Source of the DNA: Catajapyx aquilonaris
Lineage: Eukaryota
Reading direction: 5' to 3'
Assembly: GCA_000934665.2 (NCBI GenBank)
Contig: KZ538493.1
Coordinates: forward strand, 1 to 64,000
DNA: 64,000 bases
In this document: piece after piece, positions 49,549 to 61,528 of the stretch
Layout of the letters: each line of letters starts with the position of its first letter
How positions within the stretch are numbered: position 1 is the first letter of the stretch
Notes under the pieces: model-generated
Seen by the model: only the letters and a program-made list of their open reading frames with translations
Database searches by the model: none
Told to the model about the DNA's origin: nothing
Position numbers and translations under genes: made by a program

Positions 49549-49867
49549 CTGAAAACCAGAAACAAAACCAGATGCTAAAGAATGAATTGAACACTCTCGG
49601 CTCCTAACTTCCTTGTGGAGTGCACAAGTGGAATACGTTAGGATTTATCCATTGCATCGGTGATTATGAAAACTTATTGTATTTATTTAAAAAGAACATA
49701 AACTCGGTACATGAAAAATGGTGTGAAATAACACCACAGTGCCGCCCTAATTTGGTATGTTTAATGAAAAAGTACAGTACTGTACCTTTATGATGTATTC
49801 TCACAGTCACATTCACAGTAGTGTATGGATCATTAATTTAATTAAATGGCTTAACACACCAAGTGGG

Positions 49868-50873
49868 TCACTTTTTGTTGCACTGACCACTGTCCAATGT
49901 TTTCTGAACCACTGGTGAATCCTGTGCGGCACAACTGGTGAGACGCATCTTTTTAGCTGATGGACTTTCAGGGCGAGGTGCTGACACTCCTTCGGTTGAT
50001 GACTGGAAGGAGGAAGTGTTGTACATTTGATTGTAATTGGGTCTAAACGATTCAGAGTATGAAACTCACCGAAGGAGCCGCTTGAGGTCCAAAGAGTGTT
50101 GGTTGGGCATGAGGCCACAGCTTTGTCTTTAACGTCGAGGTGCACTGACTCACATCGAAGTGGAGTGAGCAAAATGTAGCACGTGGGCGCTTCTTTCCAA
50201 TACATGCTTGCAGAAGTGAATCACTACAGTTTGCAGCACAGAGCCACTCGCGGCATCTGCAAGGAAATGAATGGCCGATAATGCTGCAATACATCTTGTT
50301 AGACACGATAAATCTCATGGATTAGGTAGTTACAAATAAAACTGGGTGTACGTTATATGGTGCATTACAAGAGCATTTTCATTTCAATCACTGAGACTGA
50401 GACTGAGAGGAAAATTGTGAGTTTAAAATATAAAGACACACTGTTTACCACTAACCTGACCTCTGTGTCTTTCATTTTTCTGTTTTACATGCACAAAATT
50501 GTTCTTAAAGAGTAAACTAAATTATCTGTGAACAATTGGGAGGAGGGAAACAGTTTATTTTTAATCCCAGATTTTCCCAATTTGCTTTGAGATATGGCAT
50601 TTAAATGTAAGTATAATGATAGCTTTTTCTTACCTTTCCGGATTACCTGGTACTTGAAAGAAAGACAATTCTGGGCGTTTTTTCTTTGTAGTGTTGCATC
50701 CTGGTACCATGCAGGACTGTCCACCTACTGAGTAAGTCCTGACTGAAAAATCGAAGAAAGAAAAAAAAGGCACTAAGAATAACTTCATTATGGAGTGCCA
50801 CAAGCCGAGTTATGTTAGGATTGTGCTTGATAATAATACCTCCATTGTATTGGTGGCGATTAAAACCTGCCAT
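49868..50873 (-). CDS. Small THAP-domain protein, copy A (about 145 aa)
   Basis: Putative exons 50873-50867 (ATG GCA G, weak donor), 50742-50634 (SCMVPGC...SFFQVPGNPE), 50256-50070 (CREWL...FCSLHF...LWPHAQPTLF) and 50002-49868 (PSAKKMRL, stop). Frame continuous. Confidence 0.65.
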
Positions 50874-52312
50874 CAAATTCTTCCGAGTCCTTTACATATA
50901 AAAAATACCACATCCTACAACAGCAGATGAGTGAACCTTCTGAAACTGCAACTCGAGACTGATTAGGAAAGTTTCCCAGAGTGTGCCCGTCACAAAATAT
51001 AATCTACCCACTGCTATGGGAAGAGAAGCACTGAGTTTCACTGTCCGATCTTTCCAATGAAAACTTTCTACTATATTTAAAGGTTGGGTAAAAGAAGCAA
51101 GTTTTCATGACCAGTAACGTGAATAGCACTCAGTAGTAATCTCCTTCGCAAGCAACATGTACGTAAATACCACCTAGCAGCAAACTCAGGAATTGGAGGG
51201 AAAAAAACATTAGACAATAATTATCTGGTTCAACATTGCAGGCCGAACAAATTTATTACTCTACAATATATGATGACAAAAACTGATATAAAGCCGTTGC
51301 AATAATTGTACATCATGACAGGCAGGCAGGAAGAAAAGGCACACCCATCTAGATTCTACAAATTATTTTCCGACATCTGAATTTAAAACTGCCTATCATC
51401 TCCTATTTAACAAAAAGTCCAGCTAGTTGACAGCCAGTACGATCAATTGCAATTGCATATTTAACATTACAAGTAAGCGATACAGTTTACTCCCAACTGT
51501 TTTACTGTTTACTGTTTAACACCCAATGTGCGTTACATGCTGCCCCTTCTAATTCCCATCTCTTATTGTCATCTCTTTCCAACCTTACATTGCCCAGATA
51601 TTATCATGCCAGCTGGACATACCCATTCCGATTAGTGCACTTGGCACGATACATGCTAGAAAGCTACAAATTTTCAAAACCAGTTTGATATGGTGCAAAG
51701 GGAAAGTGATAATTTATGGATTACACGGAAAAGTTTCAATCCAGGTCTAGTATTAAAAGCAACAGTGAATATTCAGCATGCAGTTCTGAATGGAATATCC
51801 CTTTTCGCACTTGCTCCTAAATATCGTGGAGTTAAATCGAGGCTAAACTCTAAACACGAGGGTTCCATCTTACCCCACATTTTCATGTCTGGCAGTAAAA
51901 TGACTTTGTACAATATCATACACTATACTAGAGTAAAAACCAGAATAAGTAAAATCAATTAATAGCTCTAAAAAGAGGCTGAAAGGGCTCATAAAATCTG
52001 CTGATTAGGATCTTTTTCCAACCCAAAATGTCTGTGATAAAAAATTTTGAGGTTAAAATTTATTTATTTATTTTTGTTACTGTGTTGGGCTGTATGCCAT
52101 TGTGGTTAATAACGAGACCTAATATGGCATAAAATTTCACAATGTTACATTTGCCACTCATTCTAAGGTTAAAAAGCATCATCCCGTACTTAGCAAAAAA
52201 AACCAGCTAGTTTGACGCCCAGTACGATCAATGCCAATTACATATATTTAACATTACAAGTAAGCGACAGAGTTTACTTTTCTGATGTGCACATGCGCAT
52301 CCATGTGATATT

Positions 52313-55300
52313 TTATGTACAACCTGTTTGTGAATCCTTCCTCACACTTTGCACACGAGTATGGCTTCGTGCATGAATTATCAGAGCCCTTTCACGACTA
52401 AATCCCTTTCTGCACACATTGCAAGTGTAAGGCCGTATGCCATAATGCACAGCTCGAGTGTGCGCAGTGAGAGTACTTTTTTGCGTGAATCTCTTCCTGC
52501 AGCGTTCACAAGCAAATGGCTTTTCTGCATTGTGTTTTAACTGGCATGCCTTGTGGCTTCGCATGTGATATTTAAGAGCCCTTCCATGAGGGAATGCACC
52601 ACCACACACATCGCAATGCTGTATTCCACTATGAAGGCTTTTCAAATGTGCTGTGAGAGTACTCTTTTGGGTGAAACTTCTTGGACACAAGACGCATCTA
52701 AACGGCTTCTCCCCTGTGTGAATTAACTTATGATCCCTTAAATGCCCCTTGTTCTTGGTGCTGTATGAACACATATCACAGTAGTGCAGCTTTCTGGTAC
52801 CTGGTTCTGTCTTTGGAATAAGCAGTGCGGACACACCAGCATTGTCTTCCTCACTTCCTCTTTCCTCACCTGGTTGGATCACATCTGGTGTAAGAATACC
52901 AGCTGGTTCCTTTGAACTTCCAGGTTTAGACAAAGCATATCCATGTTCCTCATTGACCTCAGCTACAGTGACATGTGACTTAACACATGCTGTAAGTTCA
53001 GCTGCTTTAGCAAAAGTCTTCTTACACACTCCGCATTGATAAGTCATCCACGATGAACTAGGGTCATTCTGAAATTTAAAAAATATATATTAGCCATCCA
53101 ATTTTTCCAGAATTTCTCAAAGTACTACTTCAGTTACAGATGTACAAGGAAAGCGTAACTAACTTCTTCAACTGCAATTGGGTCAGTTGCTACCGAACTG
53201 TTAAAGGAAACGCTGCCAAAGGGATCATCTGGCTCTGATTTGACAGTTCTTCTGGCATTCCTCACATGGTCTTGTGATGTTTCAATAGTTCCATCCTCGC
53301 AGTCATCCTGCAAGATAATAATTTTTTAAATTTTTTGCATCAAAAAAGCCTGGCTTATACCATCCGTCTAAACCGTAAGAGAGAATGACAAATGTTTTTC
53401 GGATTCGGATTCAGCGGACCTTAAGTAGGTGTCATGGTCATCTTCCAGTCTGGTTTTCCGGGTTCACTCCATAGGCCAAGGTCAAGTCTAGCTTTCAATG
53501 GGAATGGGCTTGGCAATGGGAAATGAGACTGACATAATTCTATGTCATTACTGTCCAATTAGAATCGCATCACATCGTCAGTGTCATTTCCAGTTGCCCA
53601 ATGAAAAATAAAGCTACCGGTACGTTTACATGCAAGAGATTTCATCAGCGACTGAACGAAAGTAACAATCCTGTGGTATCATTTTATTTTCGCCCCCCAA
53701 ATAATTGGTCTCATCGCTCAGCAATGTACCGTACATCACTGCAACATAGCTGATCAAATCGCTCACATGTAAACGTGCCATAAGCTGCGTTTACATATGA
53801 GCGATTTGATGAGCTAAGTCTTTGCCGAGGCTGAGTAACCCAAGTAACCAATATTGTTTGAGGCAAAAATCGATTGTTAATTTCGGCCTCGGTGAAGATT
53901 TCGCTCACATGTAAACGAAGCTTTAAGGTGGAAATGAAGCTAGAGTCACTTAATGAGAATTTTATGAAAAAAACATAATTATGTTACGCAGTTTTACTGT
54001 TACGCAGTTAAAACTCCCCACCCCCGTGGGTGCCCCAGTGGTTATTACGTTGCATAGTCTATGGATAAACATAAAATGCAATTATGTTGCTGCAGAACCA
54101 TCAAGGATGGAATTTTAATCCCACTGCTATAGTTACTGCTAACTTAGCTATTCCAGTACCAACACTGGTACTGCTAAGTTAGAAGTAACTATAGCAGTGG
54201 GACGAAATCGACCGTAAATCGTTACCAAGCGCGCGAGAGTCGAGATGGGACCTATGGCTAGGCACTATGCAAATGGTCCGCAAGAGTGCTGCAAGAGTTT
54301 GAACTTTTGGACGGTCACAAAAATACCACGAAACATCACCAACACATATACGTCTCTCACTTACACATTTTATGTGTTAGTGAGAAGTGAGCAGCGCCAG
54401 TAGCACCTTGCGACCGGAACGCCCACTTTTGCTAGGACGCTGAAAATACGGCCCATAATACAGGGTGATGTCACGAAATTCGCACATAATCGCCAGGTAG
54501 AGTGCCAGAGCGCCAGCCACAAATTATAATCTATCATGACCCTCATCTTCCTCACCTACACATTTCCTTACCATTGTCACTTTTTGGTTATATACAGGGT
54601 GTATCTGAACTCAGTGCCCCGACGTATATGACTGCCTTCCTAGCCACCAGAGGATCGATTGAAGTATAGGAGTCATTATGTCTGGCAGCCGCATTACTGA
54701 GATAATTGGCCGCAAACATGTAGTACAAAATATCCTGTCGGTTAGGCCACCCATCGAACCCTCCCCCAGTCAGAAGGCTCTGGAAGGTCTGGGGGCGGGA
54801 CTTTGTTGGTTTGTTGCCCACAGGATGGTGGTAAGGCCTCTTTGGCTATAGTTACACCAGAAAATTTTATTTAAAGGTCAGGAGCGATTAGGCAAAAATC
54901 GTTAAAGAATGTATCTCAGTAATGAGGCTGCCCAGACATAATGACTCCTCTACATAAGTTGATCCTCTCGTGGCTAGGAAGGCAGTCATATACGTCGGGG
55001 CACTGAGTTCAGATACACCCTGTATACTGGCAGTGTGGAAGATGACTTACTGAAAGGTAAGGAAAAGAAAAATGAGGGAAAACAAAAAACAAACACGTCA
55101 GTTATGTTTCACCCCATTAGGGGGAACTGTGCCATTTTGGGAGGCCGGGGACTACATGTAAGATTGTCATTCTTCTCAACAGTGGCACAGTTAGTTCATT
55201 TATTGAAGAATCCAACAACTGACTTAATAACTCTCGCTGAATTTGTAACACGTGGTTTCCCACTTCCAATATTTTCACTAAGAAAGGCCCAAATGCCTTC

Positions 55301-57707
55301 CTGCCCCCCATGAGCGAATACGTCTCTGAGCTTGTCTATTGTCACACCTGCTGCAGCCATCTTGGCTATAATACCCTTAGAAATGGAACCAGCAAGTGGT
55401 GCAAGACCCAGTGCAATTTGGGCATTCTTGGCCTTGTCCTGTTGACTGCGCACAAACACTGATAATGGCACACTATGGCTGAGCAATGCACTACCAATGT
55501 CCAATGTCTTGCAGACACCTTCTAGTGCTAGCACATCGGAAGTAGCTTCGTGGGCTCCACTCGCATCATATCCGGCAACATATTTTTCTGCCAGAGCTGA
55601 CAGCTTGTAGGTGGGCTCCTTCTTCCACTTCTCCTTGTCTTCTTTGTGGAGAGACCTCATCAGTGGAAGCGTATCAGCCACACCCCATACGACACCTTCA
55701 AAACTACTGCCAAGTCCATTGCGCTTCATTGCATCCAAAAGTCTAGGTACATCAAAGGCAAAAGCATTGTGCCCCGCCAACACAACATTTTCCCCAACAC
55801 TGCGCAAGAAATCAAGGAACTTCTGCAAAGCATCTTCCACAGGTAATGCCGCCACTCCTTGACCACGGTGGAAAAGTTCTCCATCCACTACTGAGAGTCC
55901 TGTGATGGCACTTGCTGTAGCTGAGATGCTATGGGATGGTTTGGCATATACACTAAAGGGTGGGGTTCCAGAACCAGCGCATTTACCTGCGACCTGAATA
56001 ATTTCACAATTCCTGTGAAGCCCAGTAGTCTCGATGTCGAAATACACCAGCACTCTATTATCAAGCTCTGGACATGCAGATCCTGAGGGCAAGGTGGAGG
56101 CATCAGGGGCCTGAAGAAAGCCAACATCTGCCAGATATGAGACTCCTTCCCTCTGCTCCATACCTCGCCGTTGTTGGCTTCGTTGCTTCTTCACGAAGAG
56201 CCGCCTTGACTTGTATCTTTCTGAATTCTTCAGAATTCTGATCCGGTACCGTAGAGCATCTTTTCTTTTCCTAGCTTTCTCTGTCAAGATACCTGGCGAC
56301 ATGGACAGCTTCTTGAAAGTTTGGCTGGAATACGCAGTCTCCAAATTTTTCTGACTGACAGCAGCTGCCACACGGCTGTTGAGGCTGGCACTGCCTCCGT
56401 AAAACTTTGCCTTGGGAGTCTTGCTGATGACGATGCTATTGAAGCTCTCATTTGCTTGGCTTGATCCCCCCGGGGCAAGTTTTGCCATCGGCACCTAAGG
56501 CGTGAATGAGCTAGTTACGAACTATTCATACTGAATTACGGAAAGTGGACACAGTCTCTCACCTGCTTCAGCTCCCGTATCACAGCACACAAGCTTCAGA
56601 GGCAAGTACGGCACACCAACGCCCCAATTTTCGTGCACACCGGCAGCGGAACCAAGCAAAATCAGTCGAGAAATACTGCTAGAAAAATCCACCGACTAGC
56701 ACTAGTTTTTTTCTTCGTCAAACTCCCCCACCCTTGTGGGTACCAGTTCACGAATCGAATTATTCGAATCCACCGGGCAAAGACGTCACATACTGCTACG
56801 CGATAATTGGCCCGGACCTTTGCTGCGTTGCCACTTCTATCTGTCACACGCGTACATACCAACTGAACGTGTTCCAAATCCGACACAAATGAAGAGCTAC
56901 AAGCACCCCTTTCGGAACTAAACTTTTTAAAATGCCATGACAAATTGGGACCTCGTAATTATGACCGAATAAAATCGATTTCCATCCAAAAAAAATAATA
57001 TTAACCATACCTCTAAATTCCATGAAAATGGCGCCTGCGCACAAAAACTTCCAGCCGGTAATAGGCCCATATTAAATTGAGTTTAAAACACAGATTAGAA
57101 TGGAATGCATAGGATTGAACAGCATTTACTGCTGCATCGGTTGCGTATGTTTCCCTGATTTTAGCCCTTCTTATTAACATTCCAATTCTAGACTCTCATT
57201 TGATTAGCAAGTCGCTTCATTTCCACCTTAAGTAATGCAGAGGAAGCAGGTCATACCAGGCACACAAATAAGCCTGCAATATTTAAATGCGAGATACGCT
57301 AACACAGTCACCTCGGTATATACACTATGCGATGATTGTGTTATGATTCCGTCGGAGCTTCCTGCTGGAACTGGCCCACTCCGCATGTACTCTTCCGGTA
57401 AGAACTCTTGAAGAAATTCTTCACCTCCAGCGCCTTTATGGAGATAATACGAGATCAGTAAGACATACTGCGACACAGTGACTAATACCCAACCTGCTGC
57501 AGGTCGTGTCCTCCTTTCCGTCAGGATGAACCCTTCTATCCTGGCCATCCTTTGGTCCATCTGAGTCATCCTTTCGTCCATTTCTACCATCCTTTGGTCC
57601 ATTTCAGACATGGTCCTTTCCATCCGGTCAGTCTGGGCAAGGCTGCGCTCCAGGAGGGTCACAACGTATGCCAGGCTTGTGTTGGGGAGTGATGATAAGG
57701 CGGCCAT
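52313..57707 (-). CDS. Complete 4-exon coiled-coil + C2H2 zinc-finger protein (divergent finger array)
   Basis: Exons 57707-57494 (LLERSLAQTDRMERTM...MARIEGFIL), 57433-57312, 53307-53164 (VKSEPDD) and 53068-52313 (CxxC-x12-C-x3-H finger plus five C2H2). Phases 1/0/0. Confidence 0.85.
53619..53922. mobile_element. Two adjacent short PIF/Harbinger-like MITEs
   Basis: Inverted pairs ggtacgtttacatg...catgtaaacgtgcc (about 53619-53779) and agctgcgtttacatatgagcga...tcgctcacatgtaaacgaagct (about 53783-53922). Confidence 0.6.
54595..55022. mobile_element. Tc1/mariner-type MITE
   Basis: TA-flanked; TIRs of about 110 bp beginning CAGGGTGTATCTGAACTCAGTGCCCCGACG, perfect over the outer 50 bp or so. Confidence 0.9.
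55196..56494 (-). CDS. Mutator-like transposase C-terminal region fused to a DEDDh (DnaQ-like, PML-C/Exuperantia-type) 3'-5' exonuclease
   Basis: 432-codon open frame. N-terminal part SSQANESFNSIVISKTPK..YGGS.SL..RVAAAVSQKN...REGVSY is typical of Mutator-like transposase tails. ExoI YFDIETTGL, ExoII GHNAFAFD and ExoIII AHEATSD are all intact. Lies in intron 2 of the 52313-57707 gene on the same strand. Confidence 0.85.
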   Translation of the reverse strand: MPMAKLAPGGSSQANESFNSIVISKTPKAKFYGGSASLNSRVAAAVSQKNLETAYSSQTFKKLSMSPGILTEKARKRKDALRYRIRILKNSERYKSRRLFVKKQRSQQRRGMEQREGVSYLADVGFLQAPDASTLPSGSACPELDNRVLVYFDIETTGLHRNCEIIQVAGKCAGSGTPPFSVYAKPSHSISATASAITGLSVVDGELFHRGQGVAALPVEDALQKFLDFLRSVGENVVLAGHNAFAFDVPRLLDAMKRNGLGSSFEGVVWGVADTLPLMRSLHKEDKEKWKKEPTYKLSALAEKYVAGYDASGAHEATSDVLALEGVCKTLDIGSALLSHSVPLSVFVRSQQDKAKNAQIALGLAPLAGSISKGIIAKMAAAGVTIDKLRDVFAHGGQEGIWAFLSENIGSGKPRVTNSARVIKSVVGFFNK

Positions 57708-58175
57708 GGGTTCGACAAGCACAGGGGCGGCCACGGGGCAGTAAAAGTAGGCGAACGAGGCTCGAAATAGTCGGAAATGGAAAAACGTTCTATTTCCAAG
57801 AAACAGACGCCATATTTGTTGGGGCGCATTCGGGTGGTCGCTAAGTTGAACAGTTCGTAATTGAGCTACTGTGAGTGTGCTGCCATCTCTGAACGGAATG
57901 GCGAAACACATTACTGTAAAGCGAAATACAGTAGCATTGTTGATGGCCCACTCACTTGAGATACATTGTTGGCATGATCCCACCAAATCTAAGATGGGTT
58001 ATCATCAATCCATACCCCATGCCTGATTTGCAGAAATTATATAAAACTCTTCAATGACGGCTGGGAAATTCATATAACATGAATGCTGAGGATCTGAAAA
58101 GACATTTATTTCACACAAATCACAATCACATGTTGGAAAATTCTTTGGGTGTGCAAGTGCAACACATCAAAAATG

Positions 58176-58851
58176 CGAGGGTGGTACAAAAATGATGTAC
58201 AATTTATTTATTTTTGACAAAAAATTCAGGGTCGATGCAGGTAGGCAAAATAATAGCCACACACTATCGACATAACCCTCCTGGAGCCTCTCCAGGCCCC
58301 GTAGCAACCACTTTTTGGAGGTGGTGAGCAGCCACTACCGACGCACCACTACCGGACAGCTGCTCACAGTCACCAACTATCAACAATCTGAACAATGTCC
58401 TCAAATGGCGTCAGTGAAGGGATTTTGTCATGGATCTTGCTTTGACACCCACTGCCCAGATATGTCTGGTGAAAAGCAGAAAACGGCTCGAAAAAGCGAA
58501 GGCGTCGGCCTGACGGGGACAGGATTTGAACTCCGGACCTCCTGCTTAGCTGGCCAGTAGTATAGCCACTAGAACCACCATGCTCCCCGCCTCCAGTGAC
58601 TTTCATCTGTTCGAATATATTCAAAAAGTCCCTTAGCTGATGCCATTTCGAGGACATTGTTGAGAGTGAAGAGTTGTCTGGGAGTCGGTAGGCCTCACAA
58701 CCAAAAAGTGGCACCTGGAGGGCCTGGAAAGGTTGACCAGTGCGAGTGCCAGTGCATTCGGCTGCAGGACGATTCTATATAACATGTGTGCCTATTTGCC
58801 AACCTGCATGGGCAAAAAAACATATCGTAAATCATTTTGGTACCGCCTTCG
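58176..58851. mobile_element. Degenerate mariner-like MITE carrying a minus-strand tRNA-derived SINE (about 58410-58590)
   Basis: Termini CGAGGGTGGTACAAAAATGAT / ATCATTTTGGTACCGCCTTCG with internal inverted blocks. The SINE has A-box TGGTTCTAGTGG and B-box GAGTTCAAATCC. Confidence 0.6.
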
Positions 58852-59159
58852 TACTTAAACATAACCCATATTCAGGTGTTCTGTCAAGTTCTGCTTGTCC
58901 TGGTCTTGTATTTCACTAACGTTCTCCTACATGTATGAGTTTTTTCATTGATTAGATTACCTCACTTGAATATACCTTAGATTTTGACAGAGATCATGTG
59001 AAACTGAATAAATACGAAAACTTTTGGTTTGCAGGAGTTTTAAATTAAACAATAACTTAAGTTGCTTCCTCAGAGCAGTACCATACAACATCGGTACTGA
59101 AATGTGCTTTCTCAAACTCTGAAAAGTTGTTTTTCTTGCTGCGAATTTCTCCCAATACC

Positions 59160-61528
59160 TCAAGATCGAGTGTGGCTTGCACTTGCTGTATGAAGGCGTC
59201 GCACATGCACATTCATGTTATGCTTCAAGGTGAAAGTACGATTGCAAAATTGACAAGAATATGGCCTTTCTCCAGTATGTTTGCGCAAATGCTTAATCAT
59301 GTCAGATTTTGCAGCAAAACGTTTATGGCAGACATGGCAAGTGAATGGTTTCACACCTCCGTGAACCATTCCGTGATACTCCAGCTGCTGATAGTAGCTG
59401 AAAGCCATCCCACACACCTCACACTTGTAAGGTTTTAAACCAAGGTGAACAGCTTTCATATGAACAGATTGATAATATTTTGTGGTGAAGCTGGCACCAC
59501 ATAATTTGCAATAAAATTTTGTTTGACTCTCTCCTGGATGGAAATCATCACGTGCTGAATGGGCCAACTGATGAGAAGCAAATTCTCCCTTGCCATTGGT
59601 AGCATATGAACAGACTTTGCAACAGAATAAAGCAGGTTTTGCAGCCCCTTTCTCTACCTTTCCTTTCCTCTTGCATCTTTCTTGGGTACACTCAGTCTCA
59701 ATTGCCTGGAGATGATCTGGAGATGCACTTCCTCCAGAGTATTCACCCTGTACCACAAAGATGTTTTGTTGTCCTGACTGAGACATGTCCATAACCTCCT
59801 CTTCTTGTTTAACTATCACTTCATGAGACTTGATGCATTCTTCTAGAGCAGATGGATTGTGGAAAGTTTTGTTGCAGATGCCACATTGAAAAGGGTCCCT
59901 GGATGGCAGCTGGCTCTTTGGAAAGAAATGGATAAATATTAGTGTCAATCAGTCATGAAAATCCTGAGATGCTGTAATTAACTTGAAAACTTTATAATAA
60001 GCAAGGCCATGCCCCCCAATTCTTCTGATTTCTGCCAGCTTAATTATTGTGTCGTGGTCCTATAATAACACTTTGCGCAACCCACCAATCTCCTCCTGTC
60101 CGCACTATTTTTATTACAAGCATCATCCCAGGAATAATGTAGTTGCTCCAAGGCAGTACACTCACATCCTGATGCCCAGGCGGATGCAATTCCACTTGTC
60201 CATTGAAGGAATCATTCACATCATTACTCCGGTAGAGGGATGGGTTTTCAGCCACGCAGCAATCAATATCGGACCTGCTTCCTTCAGTTTGTCGCGTCAG
60301 TAATTCAGTCATCTCTTGCTTCCAGTTTTCCTAAAGGAAAATAACATCATTAATTTCAATGTGAAGCAGCAAAATGCCTCTCCATTGCAACATGTACAAG
60401 TGCTTCAATCAAATGATTTAATTCAGCAATACTTCTGTAGGCTTATGGTTCACTCTCAAATACTCTTCTTTTCACTAAACAAGTTTGAACAAGTTATTTA
60501 TAAATCTTGGGAAACAGATGGCTGTGTCATACCTTAACCATGGAACCGGGACGTAGGGTATTTAGGACCCCAAAGGAAGTAAAAATGCAAAATGCATCGC
60601 AATGAGTGACCTTGAAACGATAATGACCTAAAACTCCGTGTATTCCTTAAAAAAACTTAATTTCATGGATCAAATCTGGTTTCATAATTTTCACACCTAC
60701 CAAAATGTACATAAGTCGTTGTTTTTGGACCCATGCTCTCGTGGGGTCCAAAAGGAGACCCACGTCACGGTTCGGGGCATACACGAAAGAAAACTCTCCA
60801 CTAGAAAATTAAACTGTTGCCATTTTCAAAAACAGTATATAACAGAAAGTGCATGTTTATTTTGAATTAGCGATCATTTTATACATTGTTCAAAGAATGA
60901 TTGCATGTAGCCAACACATTGAAAAGTATTATCAAAAAATTAATAAAAATAAAAATATGGCATGTCACGGTTAATGTCACTTTCAGGCATTTCACGATTC
61001 CAGGGTTAACACCACAAAGGCCAAACCCATGATCTGAAATGCAGCATCATACGACACCGACATTTGCTTAATCTACCATAATAATCCTCAGAAGAATTAC
61101 AGATGAAGCTTACCTCCACCTCTAAAGTGTGGTTCACTAATTCAGGCTGTCCAAAAAGTGCCCCATGCATGTCAAAAGTAGCAGAAGTTCCTTGATGAAC
61201 TGGTAGATGCTGCTCTGACAGACCTTCTTCAATAGTCGTATCAGAGCTTCTTTCATGATGCACTTCTGTAGGGGGTAAAGAGTAAACGGTATTGTATACT
61301 TTACAACAAAGACAATAGGGCTTGAATTCCCAACTCAGAGCTACACCTAACCTTCATCATGAGTTGTCTTCCTCTTCCCTTCCTCTTCCCTCAGGATGAA
61401 CCCTTCTATCCTGGCCATTCTCCTGTCCATATCCGCAATGGTCCTCTCAATCCTGCCAGTCTGGGTCAGGCTTCGTTCCAGGAGGGACACAACGTGGGGC
61501 ACAACAAGGTTGGTTGTTGGGTGGCCAT
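59160..61528 (-). CDS. 4-exon coiled-coil + C2H2 zinc-finger gene with a +2 frameshift in exon 1
   Basis: Exons 61528-61352, 61265-61114, 60330-60166 and 59915-59160. An extra TG near 61500-61503 relative to paralogs gives MATQQPTLLCPTLCPSWNEA*. Exons 2-4 are intact. Confidence 0.75.
60538..61005. mobile_element. piggyBac-like MITE in intron 2
   Basis: TTAA on both sides (60534-37, 61006-09); imperfect TIRs CCATGGAACCGGGA / CCCTGGAATCGTGA. Confidence 0.6.

Noticed and set aside
51415..52280. About 75-bp direct repeat (about 51418-51490 and 52203-52278) in the 3' region of the divergent ZF gene
   Set aside because: Small local duplication without element hallmarks; no function can be supported.
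57708..57986. Long N-terminal extension of the 57228-57986 ORF
   Set aside because: It covers the promoter motif and 5' UTR; paralog alignment places the start at ATG 57707.
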